Positions 56,203-64,000 of a stretch of 64,000 nucleotides of DNA are shown in pieces. Source of the DNA: Vulcanimicrobiota bacterium (lineage in GTDB: Bacteria; Vulcanimicrobiota; Vulcanimicrobiia; Vulcanimicrobiales; Vulcanimicrobiaceae). Location of the stretch: NCBI GenBank assembly GCA_963838895.1, contig CAWIST010000003.1, positions 8,552 through 72,551 on the forward strand. The letters are read 5' to 3'. The position numbers were made by a program, and so were the translations under genes. The notes beneath the pieces were generated by a model. That model had not been told where the DNA came from and ran no database searches. It saw nothing but the letters and a program-made list of their open reading frames with translations. How positions within the stretch are numbered: position 1 is the stretch's first letter; each line of letters starts with the position of its first letter.

Positions 56203-59200
56203 ATGCAACGCATCGGCGAGCGACTCATCTTCTCCGCCTCGGACCTGAACGGGTTCTTGGAATGCGAGGTTCTCACCGGCCTCGAAGAGGAGGCCGCGCG
56301 CGGCTTGCGCGTGAGGCCGGAACCCGACGAGACCACCGCGCTGATCGCTCGCAAAGGCGAGGAGCACGAGCAGCGTTACCTTGCATCGTTGCGCGCAAGC
56401 GGAGTCGACGTTCACGAGATTCCGCGCGTCGAGCACCACGATGCCGCGAGCCTGGAGGCGGCGGAACGCGCCACGCTCGCCGCCATGGAACGCGGCGCCT
56501 CCGTCATCTACCAGGCGACGTTCTTCGACGGCCAGTTCATGGGGCACGCCGATTTTCTGCGCCGCGTGGAGCGCCCTTGCGAACGCTGGGCGTGGAGCTA
56601 CGAAGTTCTCGACACCAAACTCGCGCTCTCCACCAAGACGTATTTTCTGGTTCAGCTCTGCAACTACAGCGCGCACGTCGAGCGGCTTACGGGCACGATG
56701 CCGGCGCGGATGATCGTCGTTTCCGGCAGTAACGTCGAGGCGTCCTACGCGCTCGAGGACTACTTGGCCTACTACCGTCACTTGAAGGCCGCCTTCATCG
56801 CCCGCATGAGCGCGCGCGGTAACGGCGCCTATCCGCATGAGGTTCCTCACTGCAAGATCTGCCGCTGGAGCCCGATCTGCGACGCGCGACGCGACGCCGA
56901 CGATTACCTCGGGCTGGTTGCGTGGATGCGACGCGATGCAATCCGCCGCCTGACAAGCGAGGGCACGACGACGATTGCGGCGTTGGCATCCGCGACCGAC
57001 GCCGCGCGGCCCGCGGGTATGGCACCGGAGAGCTTCGAGCGCCTGCGCTCCCAAGCCGCGCTGCAGCACGCGCAGCGGACGACGGGCAAGCATTCCTATG
57101 AGTTGCTGCCTTTCCAAGAGCAGCGCGGTTTCGCGCTCCTGCCGCAACCCAATCCCGGCGACGTCTTCTTCGATATGGAAGGCGATCCGCTCTACAGCGC
57201 GGAGCGTGGTCTCGAATATCTCTTCGGCGTTTACTTGCCGCTCGAGCAACGATACCTCGCCTATTGGGCCAAGAACCCGAGCGAGGAGCGACAGGCATTC
57301 GAGACCTTTATCGACTTTCTCGAGCGACGCCGCGCGGCCCAACCGCAGATGCACGTCTACCACTACGCGAGCTACGAAACGTCCGCCCTGAAACGCCTTT
57401 CCGGATACTACGCCTCACGTGAAGAATCGCTCGACGCACTCCTTCGCGCACAATCATTCGTCGATCTCTTCGCGATCGTGCGCCAAGGCTTGCGGATCTC
57501 GCAACCGTCGTATTCGATCAAGAAGCTCGAGCCGTTCTACGGCTTCGCCCGCGAGACGAAGACGCGGCGCGGGGATGATTCGATCTTGATGTTCGAGTCG
57601 TGGCTCGTGGACGGCGACGAGAACGTGCTCGTCGACATCGAGAACTACAACCGCGACGACTGCCTCTCGACGCTGCGCCTGCGAGAGTGGCTCCTGAAGC
57701 TTCGTGGCGAGCTCGCCGCTCGCGATGGAGAGTTCGCGTGGCGCGCCGAGCCTGCGCCACCGCCTCCACCACAAACGCAGGACGTCGACGAGCGCGGCGC
57801 CGCCCGGGAGCGGCTCTTGGCGGGACTCGCCGTTCCGGAATCGATCGGCGCTTTGCGTGCCGCCGACGAGTCCTTTCGCGCGCGTTGGCTGCTCGGCCAT
57901 CTGCTCGATTATCACCGTCGCGACGAGAAGCCGGCCTGGTGGGCGTACTTCCAGCGCTGCGAGAATCGCGACCAATTGGTCGAGTTCGATCGCGAGGCGC
58001 TTGGCGGGCTTCGGCACCGCGACGACATCGAGCCCTATAAACTGAAGGCGAGCCATTCGACCTTCGTCCACGTCTACGAGTACCCGGAGCAAGCGCATGA
58101 CCTCAAGGGCGATCCCTACATTCTCGACGCCGCCAATCCGCGTAGCGCGGGCGAGATCGTCAGGATCGACGAGGACGCGCTGCAATTGCACATCAAACTC
58201 AGCGGAAAGGTCGACTCCGGCAGGCTCGATGCCCTCGCGCCCATGCCCGCGCTCGCCACGGGATCGCTGCGCGAAGCGCTCTTGCGTACCGCGCGCTCCT
58301 ATCTGGACGCAACGCTCGAACGCGAGCAGCCCGCGCTCGTCGATATCTTGCTGCGCCGCCCTCCGCGTTTGCGGGGGCGGGTTTCGGGTGCGAGCGTGCA
58401 GCCGGAGGTTCCCGATGCGCGCGCTATTGCGGCGTTGGCCAGGTCGCTCGAGGGAAGCTACCTCTTCGTGCAAGGGCCCCCCGGCAGCGGAAAGAGCACG
58501 ACGGGCGCCGAGGTGATCCTCGACCTGATCGGCTCGGACAACCGGGTAGCGATTCTCGCAAACCAGCACAAAGCGATTCACAATCTCCTGCACAAGATCG
58601 AGTTCGAAGCGCAGCGGCGCGGCCAGGCGTTTCACGGAATTCAGCGCTATAGCAAGAGCAACGCCGGCTCGTCATTCGAGTCGAAGCTCGAGCGATCGTA
58701 CGTGACGTGCACGGACTCAAACGACGCGCTCGACGAGCCGCACGATCTCGCCGCGGGGACTGCCTGGGTATTCTCGCGGCAAGAACTCGTCGGGCGCTAC
58801 GATTACCTGGTAATCGATGAAGCCGGGCAGATCGCGCTCGCGAACGCGATCGCCTGTGCGCCGTGCGCGCGCAACCTGATCCTCCTCGGCGATCCGCTGC
58901 AGCTCGCGCAGGTCTCGCAGGGCTCGCACCCACTGGGCGTGGAGCTCTCGGTCCTCGAGCACTTGCTCGGCGACGATGCGACGGTGCTGCCGGACCGCGG
59001 GGTCTTCCTCGATCGCTCGTTCCGCATGCACCCGGCGATCTGCACCTTCATCTCGGAAAGCGTCTACGAGACGCGACTGCGCGCCGGCGAAAATACGACG
59101 GCGCATCGAATCCAGACACCAGGCCTCTCCGGCAGCGGGCTACGCTACCTCCCGGTCGCGCACGAAGGCAATGCGCGCGAATCCGCAGAGGAGGCCGAAC

Positions 59201-59673
59201 GCATCGTTTGCGAGAGCGCGCTCCTGCTGAAGGGAACGTACGAACTCAAGCCCGGCGTCGCCGAGCCGCTCGCGCAGGCGCAGATCTTGGTCGTCTCGCC
59301 ATACAACGCGCAACGACGGCTTCTACGGGAGCGCCTCGCGAAAGCGGGTCTTGGCGAGATTCGGGTCGGCACCGTCGACAAGTTTCAGGGACAAGAGGCG
59401 CCGGTCGTCTTTTACTCGATGGCAACATCGAGCGGGGACGAACTGCCTCGCGACGTCGGCTTCCTCTTCGAGAAAAATCGCCTCAACGTCGCGATCTCCC
59501 GCGCGCAGTGTTTGAGCGTGCTGGTCTGCTCGCCGCGGCTGCTCGACGTCCGCTGCTCAACCCCGGAGCAGATGGCCTTAGTGAACCTCTTATGCCGCTA
59601 CGCAGAAGCGGCAACGCAACAACGTCCGGGAATCACTGGTTTAGTCCAGGCGACGCCGGCATGGAAGAGGTAA
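56203..59673 (+). CDS. RecB-family (TM0106-type, Cas4-like 4-Cys) nuclease fused to an RNase-H-like module and an SF1 (Upf1/DNA2-like, AAA_11/AAA_12) helicase
   Basis: N-terminus ...SASDLNGFLECE...YEVLDTKLA...HCKICRWSPIC... Middle GDVFFDMEGDPLY...HYASYETSALKRL. C-terminus FVQGPPGSGKST, LVIDEAGQ, LLGDPLQL, VSPYNAQ, VDKFQGQE, NVAISRAQ. Confidence 0.85.
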   Translation: MQRIGERLIFSASDLNGFLECEVLTGLEEEAARGLRVRPEPDETTALIARKGEEHEQRYLASLRASGVDVHEIPRVEHHDAASLEAAERATLAAMERGASVIYQATFFDGQFMGHADFLRRVERPCERWAWSYEVLDTKLALSTKTYFLVQLCNYSAHVERLTGTMPARMIVVSGSNVEASYALEDYLAYYRHLKAAFIARMSARGNGAYPHEVPHCKICRWSPICDARRDADDYLGLVAWMRRDAIRRLTSEGTTTIAALASATDAARPAGMAPESFERLRSQAALQHAQRTTGKHSYELLPFQEQRGFALLPQPNPGDVFFDMEGDPLYSAERGLEYLFGVYLPLEQRYLAYWAKNPSEERQAFETFIDFLERRRAAQPQMHVYHYASYETSALKRLSGYYASREESLDALLRAQSFVDLFAIVRQGLRISQPSYSIKKLEPFYGFARETKTRRGDDSILMFESWLVDGDENVLVDIENYNRDDCLSTLRLREWLLKLRGELAARDGEFAWRAEPAPPPPPQTQDVDERGAARERLLAGLAVPESIGALRAADESFRARWLLGHLLDYHRRDEKPAWWAYFQRCENRDQLVEFDREALGGLRHRDDIEPYKLKASHSTFVHVYEYPEQAHDLKGDPYILDAANPRSAGEIVRIDEDALQLHIKLSGKVDSGRLDALAPMPALATGSLREALLRTARSYLDATLEREQPALVDILLRRPPRLRGRVSGASVQPEVPDARAIAALARSLEGSYLFVQGPPGSGKSTTGAEVILDLIGSDNRVAILANQHKAIHNLLHKIEFEAQRRGQAFHGIQRYSKSNAGSSFESKLERSYVTCTDSNDALDEPHDLAAGTAWVFSRQELVGRYDYLVIDEAGQIALANAIACAPCARNLILLGDPLQLAQVSQGSHPLGVELSVLEHLLGDDATVLPDRGVFLDRSFRMHPAICTFISESVYETRLRAGENTTAHRIQTPGLSGSGLRYLPVAHEGNARESAEEAERIVCESALLLKGTYELKPGVAEPLAQAQILVVSPYNAQRRLLRERLAKAGLGEIRVGTVDKFQGQEAPVVFYSMATSSGDELPRDVGFLFEKNRLNVAISRAQCLSVLVCSPRLLDVRCSTPEQMALVNLLCRYAEAATQQRPGITGLVQATPAWKR

Positions 59674-59871
59674 GGCGCGAGGAGCTCTGAGTTTCGTTCG
59701 GGTCAAGGAGCCGAGCGGGCGAAGTGTACTAGGGTACATGAGCTCCGAGGCGACGCCGGCATGGAAGAGGTAAGGCACGAGGAGCTCTGAGTTTCGTTCA
59801 GGCCAAGGAGCCGAGCGGGCGAAGTGTACTAGGGTACATGAGCTCCGAGGCGACGCCGGCCTGGACGAAAC

Positions 59872-59884
<13 letters not shown>
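59648..59884. repeat. 100-bp tandem direct repeat (2 full units plus a partial one) that also forms a long inverted repeat with the rpoC 3' end
   Basis: Units at 59648-59747 and 59748-59847 differ at 3 positions by eye. A third unit starts at 59848. CGAGGAGCTCTGAGTTTCGTTCAGGCC (59776-59802) is the near reverse complement of 59858-59884. Confidence 0.85.
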
Positions 59885-63804
<3,920 letters not shown>

Positions 63805-63826
63805 TCATCCAGGCGCGCAGAAGGCT

Positions 63827-63855
63827 ATTCTACACGAGCGACGCGCTCCGGGCAA
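63827..63855 (-). promoter_or_regulatory. Candidate sigma70 promoter upstream of rpoC (TTGCCC-N17-TAGAAT)
   Basis: The minus strand reads cTTGCCCggagcgcgtcgctcgtgTAGAATagc, ~120 nt before the rpoC start. Confidence 0.3.
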
Positions 63856-63900
63856 GACTGCGGGACCCGCGCCCATCGCGCAGGCCCCGCGTCGAGAGCC

Positions 63901-64000
63901 CTAGGCCGGCTGAGAAGCGCCTTCGGAGGGGTGCTTCCAGATCTGCTGGAGGATCGTGGCGACGAGCATCATGATGATGGCGCCCCAGAGGTCCGCCAGC
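63901..64000 (-). CDS. 3' end of an unidentified membrane-protein gene (not rpoB)
   Basis: Own translation of the minus strand: ...LADLWGAIIMMLVATILQQIWKHPSEGASQPA*. It is hydrophobic, with no resemblance to an RpoB C-terminus. Confidence 0.45.
   Translation of the reverse strand, partial: LADLWGAIIMMLVATILQQIWKHPSEGASQPA

Overview
GC-rich bacterial chromosomal segment, probably from a diderm organism (OM beta-barrel and TonB-dependent-receptor-like genes). The indel pattern suggests a metagenome-derived or poorly polished assembly. No database search was possible, so all product names come from motif recognition in my own or the supplied translations. The backbone is the str/S10/spc/alpha ribosomal supercluster on the minus strand: rpoC ... 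rpsL-rpsG-fusA-tuf-rpsJ ... rplC-rplD-rplW-rplB-rpsS-rplV-rpsC-rplP-rpmC-rpsQ-rplN-rplX-rplE-rpsN-rpsH-rplF-rplR-rpsE-rplO-secY-adk-map-rpmJ-rpsM ... rpsK-rpsD-rpoA. Many junctions show GTGA/ATGA/TAATG start-stop overlaps. The cluster is unusual in four ways. (1) Non-ribosomal gene blocks sit between rpsJ and rplC (3.7 kb) and between rpsM and rpsK (4.7 kb). (2) rpmD and infA are absent, and L15 carries a Lys/Ala-rich N-terminal extension. (3) rpoC is not preceded by rpoB. (4) Frameshifts pile up in rpmC, rplP, rpsC, rplV, rplB and above all rpoC, most likely from assembly or consensus error. The 27-60 kb stretch holds an aromatic amino-acid operon with a fused prephenate dehydratase-DAHP synthase, two DUF3311+SSS transporter pairs, pilin-like genes including a 687-aa modular pilin, lipoproteins, a TonB-dependent-receptor-like gene, a two-component system, an HD-GYP protein, a MalT/LAL-type regulator and a 1156-aa RecB-nuclease/SF1-helicase fusion. 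The most novel-looking signal is a ~160-nt interspersed element (3 full copies plus variants). It has a conserved core and copy-specific but self-complementary arms, and it marks the edges of both operon insertions. No CRISPR array, tRNA, rRNA, transposase, integrase or recognisable defence operon was seen.
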